Part shown: in pieces, positions 9,127-19,200 of the stretch
Layout: every line of letters begins with the position of its first letter
Position numbering within the stretch: position 1 is the stretch's first letter
Source: Actinomycetes bacterium
GTDB taxonomy: Bacteria; Auribacterota; JAJCYG01
Assembly: GCA_029263055.1 (NCBI GenBank)
Contig: JAJCYG010000002.1
Location: 21,362-85,361 of the forward strand
Reading direction: 5' to 3'
DNA: 64,000 bases
The notes under the pieces: model-generated
What the model saw: the letters and a program-made list of their open reading frames with translations, nothing else
Database searches by the model: none
Told to the model about the DNA's origin: nothing
Position numbers and translations under genes: made by a program

Positions 9127-9249
9127 AACCCACGATTTCCAATTGAGAATGTTTTACAGCAACAACAAATTGATTACTAAACTTTTTTTTTAGAACTGTC
9201 AAAACAAAAAAAAATTCTCTTTTAAAAATGATAATTTGCCAGAAATTAT

Positions 9250-9278
9250 TTGACAAAGGTCTGAAATCGGATTATATC
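9250..9278 (+). promoter_or_regulatory. Candidate sigma70-type promoter of the giant-gene operon (TTGACA-17 nt-TATATC)
   Basis: Perfect -35 hexamer, 17-nt spacer and a -10-like hexamer, about 75 nt upstream of ATG 9353 in a 226-nt AT-rich divergent intergenic region. Confidence 0.35.
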
Positions 9279-9352
9279 TAATCCCTTAGTCCTTGATTAA
9301 TTGTTTGTGTTTTTGATGTTGACTTAACCATGTACCTAGAAGGGGAGTTCCT

Positions 9353-12300
9353 ATGGAAGCATTGCATCCTTCAGCTGTAAGCCGTTCGTCAGTTTTTTAT
9401 CGAGTCAGTTCTATTTTATTAGCTTTATTTCTTATCCAGCCTATTCCCAATAAAATATCAAAACAAAATAAAAACTTAGCTCCAAAAACAATTGCAAGCT
9501 CTGTCAGCTTTGCTCAACCACAATTAGCCCCTCTCTTACTTTCACAAAATGTTTGGACAGTTGATGAAACCAAGGTGTTAGGCACAATGCTAGATCCAAA
9601 TCCTGACGGCTCCTTTACATTGCCTCCAAAGCGCCGTGTGATGGGCTTGGCTCGAGATCCAGAGAATAAAGAGGGTCTTTATCAAACTGCTAATGGGAAT
9701 TGGCATGGACGGCCTACTGATGCGATCCAAGAGCGCATTGTGGATAACTTTAAAGGCGAAATTGCTATGACAGCTAATTTACAAGCAGCGCTCTTTAAGA
9801 TTGTTAATCAAATAGCTTCTAATCCAAGTCTAACTTCTGAAAATTGGCCAGCTGTTGTTTCTAGTGCTGCTTTTAAAGAAAAGGTACAGCAAGAGACGGC
9901 TGTGATTGGCAAAACTTTAGATCAAGTTCTATATATTGTTGAGCAATTAGGAAATCAAATTACTTCAAAAAAACTCAAAGTTAAAAAGCCTGGTGCGTTG
10001 CAAACTGCTTATGCTGAGTTGATGCAAATCTTTTTAGGGCCTGATGAAGTGATTGTAGAAGGATTTGCTTCAGGGTTAAATGCTAATGGAGATTGGGCTT
10101 CAACAGGTTTTCCTATTTCTATTATTGGAAATGATTTCCATGTGTTGGGATCTGACTTGTATGGCCGAGTGATTGCTGCGGGCCGAAATGTAAAACGTTT
10201 TAAAGTAGGCGACATGGCTGTGTTTCAAACCAGTATGCATGATAAAGATGATCCCAATGCGCATGGGGGCCATCCAGGAAAATTAAAAAGTTATCACATT
10301 ACAGGTTATGAAGATCCAATTGGAACGTTTACAGATTTTTATAAAAACGATGCTATGGCTTTTATGCCGGTGACAGAAGAAGAAGTCAAAAAGAAGGTTC
10401 AGGTTTTAGATGGTGGCAAAATTCGAACAGGTGCCACAGTTGAAGAAATGTCGAGTTATGGTTTGGTGCTTCCTACCGTTGAGCATTCTTTAAACCGCTT
10501 GGGTGTGGCCAAGAATAGCGTTGTGATTATGGAAGGTGGAAATGGGGGAACCGGTCGTTATGGCATTCAAGCCGCTAAAGCTCGGGGTGCTTATGTGATT
10601 GGTGTGGTCTCTTCTGAAGCACGGGGTCAAGAAGTGATGCAACTGGGGGCCGACGCTTATATAAACCGAAGAGATTCTCAGTTGGTTCAAGTGGATGATG
10701 CGTTGTGGATGATTGATAAATTTTTGAAAACAGAGACAACCGTTCCTGAAATCGAACATTCAATGGTTCTCGATGAAGAGTTTGATTTAGGAAAATTAAG
10801 AGAGAAGTTAGAAAATCTTATTACTTTTTTAAAAACAACCACACTTCAAGAGGCGATTAAAAAAACAAGTTTAATTCTTGAAGGCGTTTCTAAAAAAGAA
10901 GCCGGTTTTTATTATACAGAGAACTATAAACGACTAGAAACTTCTATTAATAAATTGCTCTCAATTGAAAAATTGCAACCTGGTTTTGTCTTTCGCTCTG
11001 TTCAAGTGTTGAATGCCAATGCAACGCATGAAGATATGAGGAAAGTTAATGAAGACTATGTTGAGTCTGTTAAAAAAGCAGTGAAACAGATTTGGAAAAC
11101 CAATGGTCTTACACGAAAAAGCTTTTTAGCAGATGCGGTGATCAACTTTATGGGAACTCAAACCTATGGTCGCCATGCCATGTCTGTTCGAGCAGGTGAT
11201 TTTTTAAATGGAGATGATTTAGGTGGAAGTACAGCTTCGTTTGGTGGGGGATCTGGTTTTAAAGTTCAGTATCCAGGCCAAGAAGGAATCACAAATATCG
11301 ATACCATGATGAAGCGAATCAGTAAATACCGCCGCCGTGCGGGTATTGATGACCATATTAAAAAAGTGGTTGTGATGGTGGGGGAACGTGATGGAGCAAA
11401 AGTTGAAGTAGAAGAAATGGTCAGTTCTCCTGGAAGAAAAGTATTGGTTGTGGTGCGCAGTGAAAAAGATCTTCAAAGGGTTTTGGAGTGGGGTTTGTTA
11501 AGAGAAGGAATCGATGGAATTATTAATACCTCTGCACCCAAACAAAAGATTATTGTCGAAGGGGATGTTGAGAGCAAAATAGAACAGCTTCAAGCATTAA
11601 GAAAAAGCTCTCTTGTGCGTCAACCAACAGCCATTGTGGTTGAAACTAAAGAAGAGAAAAATAAAATCATTGCTTCTCCTTCTTTTAATAAAGACTTAGA
11701 TGTTGTTTATTCACGGGATGACGATTATGTGGTGACCAGCCTTGCTGAAATGGATGTTGATGATATTGAGCGGCAAAAAGTAGAAGACCAAAAAGCAGGG
11801 ATTAAAAGAAACTATGTTTTTCTTGTTCAAAATAAAGGTGAAAAAGGAAAAGTCTTAAATTTTTATATGAAAGTAAACAAGTGGGTTAAGCGGGGGATGT
11901 TTCATAAGAAAAGAGACATCTTTTTGGAGCCTTACACGATTCAGGCGAATTTAGATAATCCAATGCCAGAGACTCCAATGCCTCTTTCTTATACACCGAC
12001 TCAAGCAGAGCTTAAAGCTCAAGGAAAAAAGGAAAGAGCTTATGCCGCGTGGTTAAATAATGATGCGCGTGGTTTAGGGAAAGCTATTTGGCTTCATTGG
12101 GGGAAAGGAAGTTCTCCTGATCTTGTTTTTGGGCGTGCAGGTTGGCCTACATCAATGGCATCTCTTATCTATGTTTTAGATCGATTTGGTCAAGTGGCGG
12201 TTCGGGGTGATATGTCGAATAAAATGTATGACTTTGATATCCGTCATTTCTGGATGTTTCAAAAAGTGATTTTAACAGCCACTCAAGCGATGATTGGAAC

Positions 12301-13171
12301 TCACTATGCGTCGCCTCGAGAATCTTTAGATGCACATAAGCTAGTTAAAGAAGGAGTGGTTAAGTTGGCCCCTGTGACTGTTTATCCTTGGGAACAAACA
12401 GGAAAAGCTCAAGAAGAAATGGTTAAAGGAAAAAATGTGATTTTGATTGGATCGCCTAAAGCAGGGCTTCAATCGTTGAAAGAAGTGCAAGCTGAAAATA
12501 TCAAACGCTTTTCTGTTGAATTAGGAAGCGAAGATCAAGCAACACGTGAGGCTGCGGCAGCGCAATTGCATTATCAAGCGAGTCTTTTAGCAGATAAAGC
12601 GATTGCTGATTACAGTCAAGTGCAAGGTTTGATTGACCTTTTAGCTAAACCAGCCACTTGTGGTGTGTGTGTGGAACCTGAAACGTTTGAGCAGATTAAA
12701 CAGGCATGGGGCAATCCAAAAGTACACACCATGGAATCGCAAAATGCACGTGAGTTTGAAATTGCTCTACCAGGTGGGATTCACCTAGATATTTTAACTC
12801 CACTAGATCGAGAAAAAGATTCTGCTTTGGTGACTCATCTCAACAAACGAGATGAAGGGATTCAACAAGTTGAAATTTTTACAACAGATGTGGCAAAAGT
12901 AGTTGAAGTGATTAATGCCAATAAATCTGTCTTGGGTTCAGGAACAAGTACTGAAAAACCTTTTCCTGGAATCACCGGAGAAAATGTGGCGTTTCAATTA
13001 CTGAAATTAAAATCAGGTGGAAGAGTCTTAATGGAATTTGTTCAGGCAAGTGCAGAGCAGATTGCTCAGTTAGAAAGTGACCAAAGAACTTCTGCTCGTG
13101 TTGAGCGTAAAGGTCCTTTCTCAGGGGATTGGTTAACAGGTGTTTTAGCATCTTTGGAATCAAGTATTTAA
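9353..13171 (+). CDS. Leader-tagged fusion: crotonyl-CoA carboxylase/reductase-like MDR domain (split by a large insertion) + VOC/methylmalonyl-CoA-epimerase-like domain
   Basis: 1272 aa with a GGGGAG RBS. The MDR/Ccr-like N-part lies around nt 10040-10680 (GDMAVFQ..., SYHITGYEDPIGTFTDFYKNDAMAFMPV, VIMEGGNGGTGRYGIQAAKARGAYVIGVVSS). The Ccr-like C-part lies around nt 12060-12460 (GLGKAIWLHWGKGSSPDLVFGRAG...FDIRHFWMFQKVI...GTHYASPRESLDAHKLVKEGVV...). The VOC-like domain lies around nt 12650-13060 (EGIQQVEIFTTDV...GRVLMEFVQ). Leader ...QPIPNKISKQNKNLAPKT; C-terminus ...LESSI. Confidence 0.75.
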   Translation: MEALHPSAVSRSSVFYRVSSILLALFLIQPIPNKISKQNKNLAPKTIASSVSFAQPQLAPLLLSQNVWTVDETKVLGTMLDPNPDGSFTLPPKRRVMGLARDPENKEGLYQTANGNWHGRPTDAIQERIVDNFKGEIAMTANLQAALFKIVNQIASNPSLTSENWPAVVSSAAFKEKVQQETAVIGKTLDQVLYIVEQLGNQITSKKLKVKKPGALQTAYAELMQIFLGPDEVIVEGFASGLNANGDWASTGFPISIIGNDFHVLGSDLYGRVIAAGRNVKRFKVGDMAVFQTSMHDKDDPNAHGGHPGKLKSYHITGYEDPIGTFTDFYKNDAMAFMPVTEEEVKKKVQVLDGGKIRTGATVEEMSSYGLVLPTVEHSLNRLGVAKNSVVIMEGGNGGTGRYGIQAAKARGAYVIGVVSSEARGQEVMQLGADAYINRRDSQLVQVDDALWMIDKFLKTETTVPEIEHSMVLDEEFDLGKLREKLENLITFLKTTTLQEAIKKTSLILEGVSKKEAGFYYTENYKRLETSINKLLSIEKLQPGFVFRSVQVLNANATHEDMRKVNEDYVESVKKAVKQIWKTNGLTRKSFLADAVINFMGTQTYGRHAMSVRAGDFLNGDDLGGSTASFGGGSGFKVQYPGQEGITNIDTMMKRISKYRRRAGIDDHIKKVVVMVGERDGAKVEVEEMVSSPGRKVLVVVRSEKDLQRVLEWGLLREGIDGIINTSAPKQKIIVEGDVESKIEQLQALRKSSLVRQPTAIVVETKEEKNKIIASPSFNKDLDVVYSRDDDYVVTSLAEMDVDDIERQKVEDQKAGIKRNYVFLVQNKGEKGKVLNFYMKVNKWVKRGMFHKKRDIFLEPYTIQANLDNPMPETPMPLSYTPTQAELKAQGKKERAYAAWLNNDARGLGKAIWLHWGKGSSPDLVFGRAGWPTSMASLIYVLDRFGQVAVRGDMSNKMYDFDIRHFWMFQKVILTATQAMIGTHYASPRESLDAHKLVKEGVVKLAPVTVYPWEQTGKAQEEMVKGKNVILIGSPKAGLQSLKEVQAENIKRFSVELGSEDQATREAAAAQLHYQASLLADKAIADYSQVQGLIDLLAKPATCGVCVEPETFEQIKQAWGNPKVHTMESQNAREFEIALPGGIHLDILTPLDREKDSALVTHLNKRDEGIQQVEIFTTDVAKVVEVINANKSVLGSGTSTEKPFPGITGENVAFQLLKLKSGGRVLMEFVQASAEQIAQLESDQRTSARVERKGPFSGDWLTGVLASLESSI

Positions 13172-13203
13172 GGTTGTTTGATTAACTCATAGGAGGTTGT
13201 GTG

Positions 13204-16200
13204 ATGTTGCGTTTTGTTTCTGGATTAGTGGCAGTGATGTTTTTTGTGAGCTCAGTTGTGACGGTTGATATGCGTTATGTGGGAGCACCCATTCAGAAAC
13301 AAGAAATGTTAGCACCGGCCTCTACAGGAGTGGTCTCTTTAGACTCGGTCTTGAATACACTTGCGTCTATTGCTGAAGGAGAAGCGCTTTTGGATGCTTC
13401 TTTTGATGCGGCTTTGCAAGCACTTCCTTCATTAGAACTCAATCGTAAAGCTGTTTTTGCCTTGAATGCATTGTTGTTACAGCCAATGCCAGGAGCAAGC
13501 GAACAAGAATATGTTGATGCTAAGTCTAAAATCATTGAAGCAATGCTTCAAATTAATGATGGTTTTGCTTTAACAGCTTTAATTACTTTTCGTCATTTGA
13601 TCCAGAAAAAACAAAATCCAGAATTGCGACCTTTAAGCCCGGGGTATTCTTCAGAGTTAGTTTGGGGTATGGGTAAAAAGACAGGAGCCTTAGTAAAAGA
13701 GTTGTTAGATGAGGTTCCTGTTTTAAGTGAAGAGAATGCTAAGTTACTTGCTGCAGGTGCTAAAGAGGCTTGGAGTCAATTGCATTCAGAATCTTATTTA
13801 CCTCACTGGTCTGAACACGTTTTTCCTGCAAATCATCTTCGGATGCTTCAAAAGTCATATTTAGACCAAGCTCCTTATTTGTTGCGTGATTTAGAAGATG
13901 CTGTGGCTCTATCTTTAAAAGTTCAAGGGCGAATTACTTTAGCTAAAATTCAAGCAGAAGGGGAATTTAGTGCTAAAAAAGATAGACTTGATCCCGATGC
14001 GCCAATGCGGTTGCACCCTGGTAACCGTTGGGTTGCTTTGCGTCCTAATAATTTGGGGACTTCTTTTTCCGCGGCTGACTTTGTTTGGTTACGTGATAAT
14101 TTGTTGATTGAGGATTATGATTATCCAAGTCAAAAACGTTTGGCCTTTGATGGAGTGGTGATTCCTAAAGCAATGGATCCAGAAGAAGTCCGCATTGTTT
14201 CGCGTATTCTACGTTTAATTGAAGATAAAAATGATGTGGCACGTGGAACCATGAAAATGGGTTACTTGATTGAAGACCCTACTTCTGCGATTGCTACATA
14301 TGGTTTTGCTAGTGCAGATGAAACTGTGGTGGCGGGTAACTATGGTGTGGCTGACTGGACTGCTTCAACAGGAGGTCGTCCTGCTGCTCAAGAAAAATAC
14401 AATGCTGCTTTGTGGGCCAGAAAAAGAACCGCAGTTGGTTTTCATGCGGCTAAGAGTGCGCACAATCCGCGTGGGGTTGATGCGATTGAAGCGATCAGTG
14501 TGCCGCTCACAGAAAAAGATTCAAAAAGAGAATCACGCCAAGCCCGTCAAGCTGGAATGGATGGAAAATGGTCGGTTCACCCAAATCATATTAAAGGAAT
14601 TATTCAAGAAGGCTGGCCTTTTCACGAAAGTCGGATGACCCGTAAACCTTTAGGGGATTGGACTGACTTTAAACCCTATGATGAAGCAGAGTTAGAGCGT
14701 CGGGCAGCAGAAGGGATTCCTTTAGTTGATCGAGAACCAGCTATTGCTAAAGCGGTTCAACCTCAACGTGCTTCAATTATTATTAATGCTAAAGACTTAG
14801 AACAAATCGAGCAAGCCCTTCAATTACCTTTAGATCAAATTACTTTAAATATTTCTGGTTCTGAAAACTTAGATGCTTTAGCAGTATTACTTGAAAAATA
14901 CAAAACAACAAATAAAAGCCGTTTAGCTTTTCTTTTAGATGCTTCAAGTTTAGATCAAGATGCGTTAGAAAAATTTGGTGCGTCTTGGGATCTATTTGCT
15001 GGAAAAGTAGTCTTTAGCGGTTTGACATTAGACAATGTGACAAGCCCTGATCAAATTAGACAAGTCGACGCATTTCTTAAAAGTCGTTTAGAAAAAGATC
15101 CCACAATTCGTCCTGAGTTGTTTCAAGTTCAAGCACGTATTACATCTAAAGAAATGATTGACCATTCCTTGCTTGAAGGTCGTGATGTTGATTTTTATGA
15201 TGATGCGTGGCAAGCAGCAGATGTGCAATGGGCTTCTGCACCTGAAACCTGGACACATAAAACAGCAGATCGTCTGTTTCAAATTTCTCGCGCTAGTGAT
15301 TATGTGGGAACCTTGGTTTTTGCGGTTCCTGGTTTAGCTAATGACCCGGTTGCTAAAGGTCACTTGCTGTCTGCTGCTAAAGCAGCTGAAGTAGAAGTGG
15401 TGGATGCTTCTGTGGTTGAAGGGGACAATTGGTTGTTGATTGCAGAGCAGATGGCTGAAATTGGTTATCGCGGCCAAGAAATCCCTTCTTTAGATCGTTT
15501 GGAAGGAGCGCTAAAACAATATTCTCCTTCACCTGCATTGATCAACCGTAGTTTAGATGTGACCTTTCAATATGACATGGCTGATGTGTTTGGTGGATTG
15601 GGTGCGATTGCCTATGCGCGTCCTGATGGAGCCACTGAAATTGTCGATGAAGCAACTGCTAAAATCGATCGCGGTGTGGTGGAAGTAGCAGCTGTGGCTG
15701 ATCTTTTTTCACCGGATCAACGTTCTCAATACTTACGCTTGTTGGCTGTGTTGCATAACACGCGTGTTCCTTTTCCTATTAATGAAGAAGAAATTCAAGT
15801 ATTAGAAAATGCCAATGTTTCAGATCAATTTGAAGCGCTTAAAGCAAAACTTTCAGCACAAGATCTTCCGGTGATTAAAATTACTGCAGAAGCATTAGGC
15901 TCTAATTATGAAGAGCGTTTAGCTGGATTAAAAGCAATCTCTCAATTAGCGGTTCAATCAAAAAGTAAGACAGGTCGTTATCCTTTAGTTTTGGTTGAAG
16001 GTTCTGCTGATATTCATTTAGGTCTGATGGCTGATGAACTTGAACCAGAAATAAAATCTCAAGTTGTGGGAATTACTCGTACAGAAAAAGAAGTGTTTGT
16101 CTCTTTTACACATGCCACAAGTTATGAAGTGGCTAAAGCAACTGTGTTGTGGTTGAAATCAGAAGAGCAAGGGTATAACAAAAATACAATCCGTATTTTT

Positions 16201-19200
16201 ACTGATCGTGAAGCTTATGTGAATCAACTCTCAAGTGAAAATGCTAGCCAAGTACAATTAGCTGTTGAACAGTTGATCGCTCATGCACGTGACATTCGAA
16301 ACTCCTTAGAAGGCCAACAAGGAAATATTTATGGTCTTTCGGGTAAAGAGGCTACCTACAAAGATAATGTTCCTTTCTTATCTTCATCCATGCCTGTTCA
16401 GGTAGCTGTTTCTGAAAAGATGTTAGGTCAAATAAAAGATAAGCTTGGATTTGCGGGGGCTGCCGAAGATATGTTAGGCCGTCTAGCAGGTGCTTTTGGA
16501 GCAGCATTGGATCCTAATAGATTAACTTTACACTCAGAAAAAGATGGCTCGACCCTGGTGATTGTTGCTTCAGAGAAACAAGGAATCCTTGGTTATGATA
16601 TGCACACCACTGTTTACACCATGGGTGAAGCGATTCTTTCTGAGTTTGATTCAAAACTTCCTGATGGACGTGTGATTGATGTTGGATTAGTTAAAAAGAG
16701 AAGTTTAGCTGTGGGTGATAAATTTCAATTAGTCGATAGTCGATTCACTTATCAAGATGGAAATCAAATCTCAACAAAGCCAACTCCTCGAACGATTTCA
16801 GATCCTTCCATTCGTGGGTATGCTGGCTTTTCTGAAGACCGTAATTTACATCACCTAAATGAAGAATGGGCAAAAACAAATCTAGGGAGTCGTATTGCAC
16901 ATGGAATGCTGACTTCGAGCTTAGGCTTAGATCGTTTGGGTGCCATTTTAGGCACCTTTTCAAAAGGGTACAGTGTTATCCGTGAAGAGAGTTCATATAA
17001 AGCTAAAGTTCCTTTAAATGATGCACTTAGTTTTACAGCTGAAGTGGTGAGCAAAGATTCTGAAGGAAACCTTAAAGTTGTGATTACTGCGTTTAACAAA
17101 CGGGGTAAACCAGTAAGTGGAAATGTGATTTGGCTCAGTGTGGGTGAAAAAGTAGAACCTTCTGAGTTGGTCCAACAAGTTAAAGCCTTGCAACGAGGCG
17201 AACTTAAAGAAGATGCTTCGCGAGAAACCTACATGGCTGAAACATTTGGGAATGTGGGACCTTTTCTCGAACGCCCAGCTCCTCGTTTTTCAGTTGGAGA
17301 TGAAATGGAATATGCTTGGGTTGTTTCTGAAGAAAAAATCAAAGCTTATGCTTCGTTGTTTGAAGGAAATGAATGGGCCGATCTTTTAATCGGAAAAGCG
17401 GTTTCAGCTAAAGCTTCAAGTTCCATGGCGCCTGGTTCCATTTTATTGGGCTCACGTGTGCTTAAAATTGTCCGTCCGATTCCTGTGGGCGACACATTAA
17501 AAATTAAAGCCACGATTGTTAACTTGCGCAAATCAAGTAAAGGGGCTGACATTTTAACAGAGCATGTCCAAATTTTTGATTCCAATGGAAACTTTTTGTT
17601 ACATGCGCAAGTGACCAAACAAGTTCAAAGTGCATATGAAGAAAAGCAACGTGAGACTTCATTGCGTCCAACACCTGTTTCTGAAGAAGAACAAGGATTG
17701 CCTTTAACACCGCAAACATTTGATGTTGAAGCCTTGATCAATGGACCGGCTGCAGATCTTTCAGCAAAACCTTGGGTCGCTGAGCGTGGAGAAGGTGTTT
17801 CTGAAACCATTGAAGTGACTGGAACAAATATTGTTGAAGAATTGATCAGCCGAATCAATCAATCAGCAACTAAAGATGAAGCCAATCTTGAGTTTGTGAC
17901 TGGGACCGGTGAGAGAAGTTCTCAATCAGCAGCTCAACTGGCTAAAGATGTGAAAGCTTTTGCTTTGGTCTTGCAAAATAAGTTTGGAGTGCGTAAAGGC
18001 GATCGTATTGCCTTGATGTTGGCAAATGGTTATGAATCACGTGTTTCATTATTAGCCTCTATCTATATTGGTGCTGTTGCGGTTCCTTTAGATGTGTTGT
18101 ATCAAGAATCTGAACTTACTTCTCGATTTGAAGATGCTGAGCCAAGAATTGTGATTGCCGATGTTAAACACAATGAGTTGCTTGAATCTATCTCTCGCAG
18201 TGTTGGGGGTGTGGATGATTTAATCTTTGTCGATGAGCGTGACTATTTTAGAACGCCAGATGAAGATGAAAATGCTCCTAACGTAAGTAGTTTTAAAACA
18301 GCTCTAGCAACAAAAGTAGCTGCCCAAATTCAACCCGTTAAATTTCGTAAAGATGGGTTGGATGTGGCGATTCTTCAGTACAAATCAGGAGCAGAGCTTG
18401 GAAAAGTGCGTGGGATTAAATTAACTCACCGTAATCTTTTAGCTGCTGTGGCTCGAAGAGCAGAAGTGACCTTTGCTGGAACAGAAAAAGCAAAACTGGT
18501 TTATGCTAGCCCTGAATATCATTCTTGGGGTTACATCACAGGTGTCTTGCTTCCATTGTGGGCCGGTCAAGGTTCAGTCACCATTGCCGATCAAAAAAGA
18601 GAGAGCCAAGTTCCATTTGTTGATCTTTTATTTCAAGAATTAACAGAAGGAACAGGAACTCACTTTTTTGGTGTGCCATCTGTCTTTGCTCGCTTAAGAG
18701 ACCGAATGGTTAAGGAACAAAAAGTGGCGAGCCCAACTTTTTCAACATTTGTGAGTGCTGCTGCACCTTTAACTGAAGAGTTACGTCTTTCATTTCAAGC
18801 TTTAACCCAAGGAAACTTGGTTCAAGCTTATGGCCAAAAAGAAGCAACCGTTCCTGTGCATGCACCGGTTGATCGCCCATTAAAACCTGGAAGTGTGGGG
18901 TTGCCGGGTCAAGGAGTCGAGTTAATCTTAGTTGATGCAGAAAATCAAGATGGTTTGTCTCCAATTGGTTTAGGCGAAAAGGTTGGAGAGATTGCTCTGT
19001 TAGCTGATCCTGAAGTGGTTGCTTTAGGTGTGTGGAATGATGTGGAAGCAACCCGTGATTTGGCTCAAAAATATCAAGGTCGTTATTACCGCCGAACAGG
19101 TGACATTGGTTTTGTGGATGAACAAGGTTATGTTTATATCTTGAGTCGTCTTGATGATGTGATGATAGTGAGTGGAAATAATGTGTATCCAGCTGAAATT

